A DNA stretch of 49,548 nt, the filler included, from Catajapyx aquilonaris (taxonomy: Eukaryota), in the NCBI GenBank assembly GCA_000934665.2. It is 2 parts of 2 records of this genome, joined end to end, with 100 filler letters (N's around TTAATTAATTAA, not from the genome) between each part and the next. Parts side by side here need not be neighbours in the genome. Positions count along the whole stretch, not along the records: positions 24,829 to 49,548 come from JYFJ02005473.1; 1 more part is not named here. One strand, written 5' to 3'. Both the position numbers and the translations under genes were made by a program. Under the pieces are notes generated by a model. The model was not told the DNA's origin and made no database searches. It saw nothing but the letters and a program-made list of their open reading frames with translations. Positions 37,118 through 47,245 of the stretch are shown here, in pieces (positions within the stretch are counted from its first letter, which is position 1; every line of letters starts with the position of its first letter).

Positions 37118-38633
37118 TTGCAGTGATGACGAACTTTGATACCCGAGTGTTTTTTCTATTTATATATTTTTTTCTGTGCTACTCTGTTTCAATGCTTTCT
37201 TTGTATGGCTATATCTCTCCTGGGAGGTGTGTGTCAGAGGTTGCCCTTTACCCCACTTGACTGCGCCTTTTGAATCCGCAACCTTGCCAAGTGATTCCTG
37301 TTCCTACATACCCATCGTGCCTTGCGCCGACCTGACTATAAAAGGAGACGATGTTCTACACTCGAGACCACTCTTTCTGGTCAACCACCCTTACCCTGAC
37401 TTGTCCTTGTTCATCTGTTGTGTAAGTTGCTACCCGCACAACTTCGTTACGTCTACCCCCCTTTTTCTATCCTTTGGAACTTTTTTGCCTGGCAAGATGT
37501 CGCCTGCACAAAGTCATTGGGAGTTAACAGGGACAACCTTGACTGTATCCGTTTATGGAAAAGAATTGACTGCATTACTCAAAAGCGGTGCTGAATCCTC
37601 ATTCACAACCATGCAAGTACTTGACGCAATCCCTGCAGCTAATATGCCATCGGTCGAACCGGTACACAATGTGCAACTACGAATGCCTCGTGGTATGGTA
37701 TTCAGCCCTTGGGGACGCATCATCATACCCATTAAGATCGGCAGCATAACGATCATGAAAAGTCTTTTCGTGATCGAGGAGACACTCGTCACTCCTATTG
37801 TGCTTGCCACTGATTTCTTAGTGGAAATGCACTGTTCCATCGATTTTGGCGGACTAGTGCTTTCTGGCAGTGCACCCCCGGACAACCCAGCTTCGTCGGT
37901 ACGGCGCCCTTTCACCGTCCCTATCCAGACCCTACAATGGATGACCGCCGACGACACTGGAGGTGCTGTGCCTACGGTATATATTTCTCATCAGTAGTGA
38001 TGACAGACAGGAAGAGATCAAGCCGACGCGACGCCGACCCTGCCAACACCGATGGACCATGACTGACCCCTATGGACAGCAACTACCTACCAGTGAACAG
38101 TGACCTAGAGTGTACCAGTGAATTGACATCAAGAAAAGTGATTCCGAAAGACTCCATTTGAAAAGGGACAGTATGTATTTTGTGTTGTTTATAATAGTCT
38201 TTTGACCTACTTTTTCATTTTCTATGCTGTGTGCCATACTTTTGTTTTGCTGTGCTTTTTGCAGTGATGAGGAACTTTGATTCCATAGTGTTTTTCTATT
38301 TATATATATTTTTCTGTGCTACTCTGTTTCAATGCTTTCTGTGTATGGCTATATCTCTCCCTGGGAGGTGTGTGTCAGAGGTTTCCCTTTACCCCACTTG
38401 ACTGCGCCATTTTGAATAATCTGCAACCTTGCCAAGTGATTCCTGCTCCTATGTACCGATCGTGCCTTGCGCCGACCTGACTGTAAAAGATGATGCGCTA
38501 TCCTCGAGACCATACTTTCTGGTCAACCAACCGTACCCTGACTTGTCCTTGTCACCTCTCCGGGAGGCTGTTTCTCTGTCCAATAAATGAATCAAGCTGT
38601 CTTGATGCCTTTTTGTGTACCTTTCCAGTCACA
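37118..38633 (+). mobile_element. LTR-retroelement-like unit: ~293 bp direct repeats flanking a single protease-like ORF
   Basis: Direct repeats 37118-37410 and 38259-38552; TATAAAAG at 37337; AATAAA at 38582; TGT...ACA bounded segment about 38373-38633. Confidence 0.7.
37497..37997 (+). CDS. Retropepsin-like (retroviral-type aspartic protease) ORF, catalytic Asp replaced
   Basis: 166 aa from ATG 37497; VSVYGKELTALLKSGAESSF (cf. ALLDSGA), IPIKIG and PIVLATDFL (cf. ILGxDFL). Confidence 0.65.
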   Translation: MSPAQSHWELTGTTLTVSVYGKELTALLKSGAESSFTTMQVLDAIPAANMPSVEPVHNVQLRMPRGMVFSPWGRIIIPIKIGSITIMKSLFVIEETLVTPIVLATDFLVEMHCSIDFGGLVLSGSAPPDNPASSVRRPFTVPIQTLQWMTADDTGGAVPTVYISHQ

Positions 38634-38921
38634 AAATAATACAACCGGCCATAAATTAATGGTGGGCAGGAAAAATATTGTGGTAGGAATACTGTATAAT
38701 AATATGAAGAAAATATCCATTCTCATTTTAAATATCTTATTCGAATATTAATAATTTTAAATTTAAATATTTTGGACTGCGGTCTTTTTCAAATGGCTAA
38801 TTTCATGAATACCTTAAAAAAACACTAATGAGTGGTGAGTTAGAGTAATAGTGATACTTATTAGTGGCAATAATTCAGACTTTTTATTCACTACACCCAT
38901 TATGCAAACTACGACCATACA

Positions 38922-40169
38922 TCATTCAGCTAATCGACGAGTGATGTCTGCATCTCTCATTGTGTTACGACCCCGAAGGACGATGCCCTGTCCAGGAGAT
39001 TTGTGAACGGCCTTGAGAGGGATGTCATTAGCAGCCATCACCTGTGGATCGAGGGCTTCAAATAATGACACGAATATAAAGAGGATGTATAATTAACTCT
39101 GTGTGAAGGTAACCAATCTGACCTGTAGAAGAAACATTCTTCTAGCTCGATCGGATGTGTTCAGATAGCTGCCATGCACTAAGAGGTATGAAAAAATCAC
39201 CACATGTCCCTTTTTGGCTCGAATCGGGGTGGCCTTTTCCAAAGCAAATTGATTCTAGATATGAAGAGGGGATTTAACAATTATAAATTGCTGATTCTGT
39301 GTAAGTACGTTTTAAATATTAAGTTGTGCTTTTTTTATTATTTACCTGATCAGCATAATGATGCGAGTCAACATCTGACATATCTTTTAGGGGACCAAGT
39401 TTGTGGGAACCTGGGAAGACAGCTAGACCTCCCATTTCAGGCTCAGTGTCTTCCAAATGTATGAACACTGCCACCATTGAGTCGTTTTTAAACGGAAAGT
39501 ACTGGTAATCCTGAAATAAATAAATATTTTCTAACCTAGTTAATTTCAACCGGAAACTGGGAACATATTCAACAATTATTGTGTAGGCATATTTGGCAAA
39601 AATTACGCATTTGGCCCACACTCGGGTCCACATTACGCAATCTCTATTAACTCTATTTAGACAAATAATGTTACTCTGATCCTTTTCTTCATATTAAGCA
39701 AGTGTTCACGTTTATTGCGATGTAGTTTACCTGGTGCATGGGAAAAGGTGACCCTTTCTCTGGGGGTTTCAAATGAGCCTTAGTATGATGCAAGAGGATA
39801 TTTTCTGTGTCCATCACGTCCGCCAGTGAGTCTAATAGCTTAGGATTAGTTATTAGTCTGGTAAAAACGGCCGAGTGATATTGCAAGTTGTGTATGGATT
39901 GCACCTGCAGGATAAAATGTCCAGTTTATAATATTTATATATCAAATATATAACTCAAATTATTGTGCTACCTGAAGATATTTTCGGTCTTCGCCTCCCT
40001 TCCAGTTTCCTTCCCAAGTAGCCTCCAGATTTTCTTCCGATTTGGACCTAAACAGACGATCGTACTCTTCAGAGATTTCCTGCACTTCATCGGAAGTGAA
40101 GATATTATCCAAGCTAATGTAACCGTTGTCACAATAAAACTGCTTCTGGGCCTCAGTCAGCAAATGCAT
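38922..40169 (-). CDS. PhyH-family Fe(II)/2-oxoglutarate dioxygenase (PHYHD1-like), 262 aa
   Basis: Exons 40169-39972, 39904-39731, 39510-39346, 39254-39123 and 39041-38922, all phase 0 GT/AG. FYCDNGY, HQD facial-triad motif, VFPGSHK and distal VHGS..N.S...R. Confidence 0.93.
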
Positions 40170-40813
40170 TTTGGAGAGTTAAATGTAACACGTTCGGGTG
40201 TGAACAGTTGCTGGATACGAAGTGCTTGAAATCCAGTTGTCTTGTACTGTCCACTGTTAATTTTATCTCCTTTAAGCTTATCCTTCCCGACGTCATCACA
40301 ATACCGTGTTTGGATTGGGAGATTTATCTTAGTCACATGTGAGGCTTATCGGCAGCAGGACTGATGCATGGACTGACCTTAGGGACTGACCGATTGCGGT
40401 GAGTGACACAATATCAGGTAACTTATATAATTATAAGCCCATGAAAATAGTATATTTTATACTGATCATTAAATCATTTGATACATAAATTGAAACATAA
40501 TTTGTAACCTGCGATATTTAATTGTCATAAGGTTCTGAGAAAAAAGTGGTTAATTTATGGATAGCCCCTTGTTCCCTGGACATGACCAAAGGTGTGAACA
40601 CAACAATGCTTTTTTCCTATTGTTGGGATGCCCAATCTGTCGTAAACGTGGGAAGCTTAGCATGTTATGTCAACAGAACACCTGCTAGCTTATGTCCCTC
40701 TAGGTCCACTTTATCTCTGGCTATGTCTTCTGTCGCTGCTTCAAGTCTATTTTCTCGCTGTCTTTTTCTGCTCCTTTCTTCTTCTTCTCTCCCATCTGTT
40801 ACATTACACCCCA

Positions 40814-41284
40814 GGCGGGAAATCCCCTCCACCGTCCGACCCAATGACCACCTCCATGATCGGCGGCTTTGTCAACGGATTCAACAACAAAGGTGGCGAC
40901 ACACCGTCGCCCGCCGACGAGAAGAAGTCTTTGCCAATGTCAGCTGGAGGAGGAGGAATAGGAGGAGGCGACGCCGGCGCTGGCGTCGGCGGCATCAGTC
41001 CTGGTGCTGGTGCAGTTGGTGGAGCCCCCGCGGTCTCCCCTGCCTCCGAGGTCAAAGGAGGAGGGCCAGCTGGAGACGTGGGCAAGCCCGTGGCTGTTAC
41101 CACCCTGAGGTCACTCGAGGACCCCAACCTTCATGTTTGATCCGACCACCCCGACCCCACCAACTCGCTGCATTTGAAGTACGTATGTTTAGTAGAAGAG
41201 GCAGTGAGCCACAAACTGAGAGGAGAGCGGATCCAGAGAGAGACCATCCAAGGAGGAAGAGATGCGATAATAGCACAGGACCAG
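40814..41284 (+). other. Orphan exon-like segment (Gly/Ala/Pro-rich frame with one internal TGA)
   Basis: Long pyrimidine tract + CAG acceptor at 40811-40813, CAG|GTAAGT donor at 41285, GC-rich. Frame from ATG 40844 is broken only by TGA 41138-41140. Confidence 0.5.
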
Positions 41285-41414
41285 GTAAGTTTGGTGGGAA
41301 GGGTCAACTTTACCGTTAAAATTGGGGTGAGTTATTGCAAAAGCAATCCTGCGGGAAGTCTTCCTTTTAATACGCATGTACAGCTTCTCATTTACTACTT
41401 ATTGCCAGCTATTA

Positions 41415-41479
<65 letters not shown>
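41415..41479. repeat. (GAT)n microsatellite
   Basis: About 21 perfect units. Confidence 0.95.
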
Positions 41480-41555
41480 AAAATTAATATTTATTGACGT
41501 CTGGGGTTGTTTCCCCTTATATTATGACGGAGAGAACTTGCCATCATTGATAATA

Positions 41556-42307
41556 CAGGGTTGGGCGAAATGATTAACAGTATTTGAATCACGTGGTACG
41601 GTGGTGCTATTTGCGCATGCGCTGTATATTGGCATGTTCTGGAGTGGGGAAGGTATGCCATTTGTAAAAATTGCGTCGTGGTCAGCAGAACACCATGCAT
41701 TCATCATGGAGGATTATTTTAAAAATAATGAGCCCCCTGTAGCTGTACAAAGGATATTTCTTCGCCTTTTGGGGAAGGGACGTCAGGACAACGTCCCCGA
41801 CCACTGGACGTTCATAAGGTGGGTGAAGCAGTTCTGGGACACAGTTTCAAGCCAGGACCAGAAAGCACTGGCCATCAAAGAACACAGAGGACCCCTCAAT
41901 GGGTAAAAGAGGTAGGCAATGCGCTACTCTGAAGTCTTCAGCGATCGGCCATTTGAAGCTCCGTTGAGGGGTCCTCTGTGTCCTTTTACATCCAGTGCTG
42001 TCTGATCCCGGCTTGAAGCTGTGTCCCAGAACTGCTTCACCTACTTTATGAACGTTCGGTGGTCGGGAACTTTGTCCTGAGGTTCCAGCCCAAAAAGGCA
42101 AAGAAAGATACTTTGTACAGGTATGGGGGACTCATTATTTTTAAAATAATCCTCCACAATGAATGCATGGTGTTCTGCTGACCACGACGCAATTTTTGCA
42201 AATGGCATACCTTCCCCACTCCAGCACATGCCAATCTCCCGCTCATGTGCAAATAGCACCACCGTACCACACGATTCAAATAGTGTTATTCATTTTGCCC
42301 AACCCTG
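41556..42307. mobile_element. Fold-back element made of two inverted 5' ends of a Tc1/mariner-superfamily transposon
   Basis: TA-CAGGGTTGGGC ... GCCCAACCCTG-TA; ~345 bp arms each encoding WSAEHHAFI.EDYFKNNE..VQ.IF...VPDH.TFI (DUF4817-like HTH N-terminus). Confidence 0.88.
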
Positions 42308-42506
42308 TACTATGCGGCCATATGAAGGAAGGCCATAATATGTCAACAGGTGGTTTTTTCTCAGTGTGGCAAAAAAATGTGCAAATATATAACATATGAT
42401 GAAGAATAAATGGTTCTTTTAAATTGCATGGCATGCAATCTGTTTCTTCGTTAAATTGAATTTTGTAAGAATTGATATAAAGCCAAAAAATATATATATA
42501 TAATTG

Positions 42507-42795
42507 TTTCGAAGGTTAGCCATAAGTCTGAGTGAATACTTGACTGAGTTAAAATTGATCATAAATGTTAATAAGACGAAGGTAATGATATTTCGTAAAG
42601 GGGGACCGTTAGCAAAAGGAACACATCCTCATGGATGGTGAATTACTGGAGATAACAGCCCATTACAATTATTTAGGTGTACTGTTTTCGAGTTCCTGAA
42701 CATTAATTTGGCATTTGGAGGATACTATAGCAAATGGACAAAATGTCGTGTCCACTGAATATTTCTTTTGGACATATTTGCATCTCATTGCGTTG
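42507..42795 (+). mobile_element. LINE reverse transcriptase C-terminal fragment
   Basis: EYLTELKLIINVNKTKVMIFRKGG, a frameshift, then DGELLEITAHYNYLGVLFSSS*; same motif type as the LINE at 1-130. Confidence 0.8.
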
Positions 42796-42797
42796 CA

Positions 42798-44931
42798 TGG
42801 CTTGTGACACCATTTCTGGGCAATTTTCCTGATCTGTTTAACTGGTTCAAAGACGTCTTGTATTGTCCCAGAAGGGACACCCTGCAGGTTAATCCCATAC
42901 CCATACAAGTTGCTGAGTATGATGGAGCATCTAGGGACTCTGACCATGAGGTTCACTACTTCACATTGAATTGGGGTGATGGCAGCTATCGTGTTCTGCC
43001 AGAAAGCTACCTTCAGGAAAAGTGTTCTGGCCGCACCAGCCTTTGCAATGAGGTTCTGAATGACATGTTAGTTTCCCTTCCATCATATTCGGATGATTCC
43101 ACTGTAATGAGCTGTCGTAAAACAGAGTATGAAGTCATGTACAGAGTTGAAGATGAAAGATTTGAGCTGGATAATTATGATGCTTGAGACTAATGCAGCA
43201 GCTATTGTCTCTCTGGAGGCAGTACAGAAAGAGATGTCACGTATGACTCCAGAAGAGGTTGAGCAGTTCACACTTGACGACTGTCTTGGAGGCACCCCGC
43301 CAACCATAAACCAGAGGGCCGTACGTCACATATATGGAGAGAAAGGTCCTGAGATTATTGTGGGCCTAAAGCTGAATCCGCATTTAGCCATTCCAATCGT
43401 CTTACAGCGTCTGAAGAAAAAGGATGAGGAGTGGCGTGGATCACAAAGAGGATTCAAGAGGGACTGGCGTGAGCAGATGGAGAAGTACTACCTGAAGTCG
43501 CTGGATCATCAGGGAATAAACTTCAAGCAGAATGACATGAAGGTCCTTAATAGCAGGAGCCTCTTAAGGGAAATAGAGTCGCGTTATGATGAAAGACATG
43601 AGGAGGCCGATGATGACGTGTTTGGAGGTCCTCATCTTGTGTTGGATTACCAAAACAAGAGTGTCACTGACAATGCTGCAGGTCTTATCCTGCATTATGT
43701 GAAGCGGCACCATGGGATACATCCTGAAATGAAGCAGAAGATCAAGCAGTTGTTGCGACGAATAGTGCCCGAGGTGTTCTTAGAACCAGGTCAGAAGATG
43801 GAAGAAGATGCGCCTAATGGTGATGATGATTGTGCCCCAATTACTGACACCATGTCGTTCAATGATAGCTACACGATGTTCATGGGGTGCAAAAACTGGT
43901 ACCTTCTACTTCGATACCACCACATACTATGTGAGAGGTTGATATCCATGCAGCAACATGCACTGCAGATTGCAGAAGAGGAGTCTCGTGAGCGCATGAT
44001 TCGACGCGAATCGACTGCTATCGCTTTACGATTGAAGGAACTGGGAAACATACCTGTTGATGAGTACGCCAGCACTTTTCTTGACTTGGTCAAACATATG
44101 CTCGAAGGACTTATTGATGCGGACACTTATGAAGACACGTTACGTCAGATGTTTGGCATCCACGCGTACATTGCATTCACCTTAGACAAAGTTGTAGGCA
44201 ATGTTGTGCTTCAACTTCAGCACATTGTAAATGATGAGACGTGCATTAGGTGCATGGAAGCATTCTCTCTAAACCGTGGTTGTCATGAGGCATTGTACCA
44301 ACGTCGTGCTCAGAAGTTGATGGCCAAAGAAAATTGCTTTTGCATCAAAGTCTACCACCATAAGTGTCTCATAACGGTGGAGCTTCTGGTTGAGGAAGAT
44401 CATCCAGTGAGAATGGTACCAAATTGGTCGTCGTATGTTGAGCAGTACTTAACCACTTTTCCACAGCGATTGAAGGAAGTCCTGATGATGCACAGTATAG
44501 TATTTTTGCCACGCAACGGACGCTCTTGGCCTTCTGCAGCAACAGCCAGTGAGTCAGAAAATGTTCCAAATATAGCTGATAATGTAAATAATGTTTCATT
44601 GCATTTTAAAGTCGCAGATAACAAGGCAGTGGCCTGTTATGACTACATGTACAAGAGGAACTCATTCTGTCGGAAACGTGAAGGGCATCCCAGACTATCC
44701 CGCAGGATTGATGCCCTTTTCCATCATTGGCACGGGAAGTGGTCCAAGGCCAACGTGAGTCGCCGGCAGCATGTGCAGACCGAAGACTGGATGATGGGCA
44801 GGGGATATGGGCAGAGCTGGACCTGGGTCAACAGAGGTGATGACCTGTCACGCCCACCTTACCAGGAGTACAAATGCTACAAGGTTGAGAGGCAGCCTGC
44901 AAAGGAACAATCCAAGGAATCAGGAAAGTAA
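42798..44931 (+). pseudogene. Sin3A: Intronless, 5'-truncated Sin3 corepressor retrocopy (end of PAH3, HID, C-terminal region); one frameshift near 43172, possibly a functional retrogene
   Basis: LVTPFLGNFPDLFNWFK, SYRVLP, CSGRTSLCNEVLND and EDERFELD; then in the next frame LETN, PIVLQRLKKKDEEWR, YYLKSLDHQGINFKQND and YEDTLRQMFGIHAYIAFTLDK; open to the stop at 44931 with no introns. Confidence 0.9.
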
Positions 44932-47064
44932 TGGCCAGGGGGAGTTGGAACAAGTGATGGCGATGGAGGCTCAAAGTCTAAGGAGGAGGAGTAAGAGAAG
45001 CAGTATGAGTGAGATATTTTGGTGGGCCATTGGACAAGGTTTTTTTTATAAAAAATCCTTTCGTAGGTATCAATATTTATCCGCTGATTCTTTTAGTTGA
45101 GATATGTGCAACAGACAAACTTGCATATTCTCACAGCCCTGTAGGCCTGTACTCGTGCATTTTTCACAGTAACATTATTTCATTAGTAGCCTACAGTATG
45201 CATTCCAAAATTTTTTTACAGGGATCAAAATATTATGGAAATAAATCTGCCTTGATTATTGTGGCATGCCGGCCACCCCTGGGTTATACCAGCATGCTGC
45301 TTTAAGTGAGGTAATACGGTAATTTTACCAATTTTTTGCTGCAGAATCCAGCAAGAGTGGGACCTTAGCTGCTGGACAAGTTCCATCTGAAAGACTATAT
45401 GGGACTTGGTAGGATGCTGGAATTAATTGAGGCCATGGTATATACCAGTGGGATGGGAATGACAGTGCCCTCGTTGACAGTCAAATAAAAGGCAAGAGTC
45501 AACATAACAACATTCATGTTTCAAAAACCTGGGATCACATTGGGAGAATCTTGGCAACACTGGTAGAACTGCACTAATGAAAAGTACATGCATTGTAAAA
45601 TTGTACAAAGTGCAGTAATAATGGAAGGATATGTACAACAGCAGAGGCAAGACTTGCAACATTTTTACAGACCACTAAAATTGTGTAAAATGTTATGCTC
45701 TACTCCTTGGAAGCCTAATATCTAACTGGCCCTTTAAAAAAGCATACAAGATTTTGTCAACACCTTTAAAATAAAAATACTTTGTCAAATCAAGCTGGCA
45801 CTAGCAGAAAAAAGTATTTAAAAAATACAGAGTGTAATTATCATTGGCTGACTTTATAAATGCCTCATGTAGGCAGAACAAGGAGCTGATGTAGTGAAGC
45901 ACAATGGGGGCAGTGGAGGTGAATCTGGTAAAGGATTTCCCTGTACTGTCTTAGGATCAATTTGGTGGATTTGTTCAATATTGGTCTCCCAACCCCTTGG
46001 TGTTACAATAAAGAGGTCAGGTATGGTCAAGTCCTGTTTCTTGCAGGTAAGAAAATGAGCTCTTATTTTCTGCATTCAAGTGTTGCATGCTGCCCCACTG
46101 TGATCCACTACCTGCCCTGAAAAAGACGACTAGACAATAATACTTGTATCCATGGGAGACTTAATGCACATCACATCCCGGGACTTTTGGCTCCACAGTG
46201 TTAAAAAATCACTCATTTGCCACATGGTGGCCATGATTGGCTAATTACATGGACCTACAAAAAGTGGCCAACATCAGAGGTCGGCAGCCACAACTTTTTG
46301 AGCAAAGGGTAATCACAAGGATTGCAATGAGAAAATGAATGGGACAGCGGCTTTTAAAAAAGCCAGTTAAGTACAGCCAGTGAAATAAAACAATGAAGAA
46401 ATGTCCCATCCACCCTCTCATGATAGGAGACCATGATTCATACTGTACTTCTTTGCATGATTTTGGGACCAGCTGAACTTACAAGAGATTGGCATCAGTT
46501 GGCCAAACTGAATTTTCTTGAAACCAGTCTCATGTCAAGGGGAATGTTGGCATAAGATAAAAAGGTCCATTGAACTAGAGTCTGGCGGGTCTTGGTTTGG
46601 GATTCATGAGACATTTACGTTACATGCCAGTGCATCGGTAGAATAATACTCCAATGTGAGAGAGAGAGAGAGTTGATGTGCGGACAGTCCATTGCTATGC
46701 TAGACAACTGGTCTGCCCAGCAGACCTGTTTGGGTGGCTGGCTGAGGCACTGTCCTGCTAGGGACCTGGACTTCCTTTTTTGACTTTTTAATTTGGATTA
46801 TACCTACCCTGCCTACCTACCTACCCTGCAACCTACCCATTTCCTACCTACCCTGCAAAAGAGAGACAGACTTGGTCAGAAGCTTCAGAGCATTCACTGT
46901 AAAACTAGTGAATCTTGGCATTTTAGGCAAAACAGTCAACACAGTATGCAACTGTTCAGATGCCCAACATATTTTCCTCAACATCATGAAGTTTGCCAAC
47001 CTGACCTCTTAGCCCGTGCAGCCAATAGACTATCTCCATATCAACTCCCTTTTGAATGGTGGTA

Positions 47065-47245
47065 TCATCAGTTGAAAAAGAATTGTCCCAGTCATCCTGA
47101 TGTGTGTGCTGCCCGCTCGACACACACCATGTAACTTACATGGTCTCTCCCACCATGTAACTTGCACCATGTAACTTACATGGTGTGTGTCGAGCGGCCA
47201 GCCCACACGTCAGGATGACTGGGACAGTTCTTTTTCAACTGATGA
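47065..47245. mobile_element. Palindromic MITE, TA-flanked
   Basis: TA-TCATCAGTTGAAAAAGAATTGTCCC ... GGGACAGTTCTTTTTCAACTGATGA-TA; central CACCATGTAACTT repeats. Confidence 0.85.

Noticed and set aside
37176..37496. N-terminal 107 codons of the 273 aa ORF
   Set aside because: GTG start inside the direct repeat, whose second copy has indels; the protease-like part begins at ATG 37497.
40546..41319. 257 aa Arg-rich ORF
   Set aside because: Shadow frame of GGA/GGC-rich sequence; it starts in intron-like pyrimidine tract and has no recognisable domain.
41376..41573. Poly-Met / poly-Asp ORFs, and the poly-Ile ORF at 9335-9535
   Set aside because: Translations of (GAT)n and (ATT)n microsatellites.
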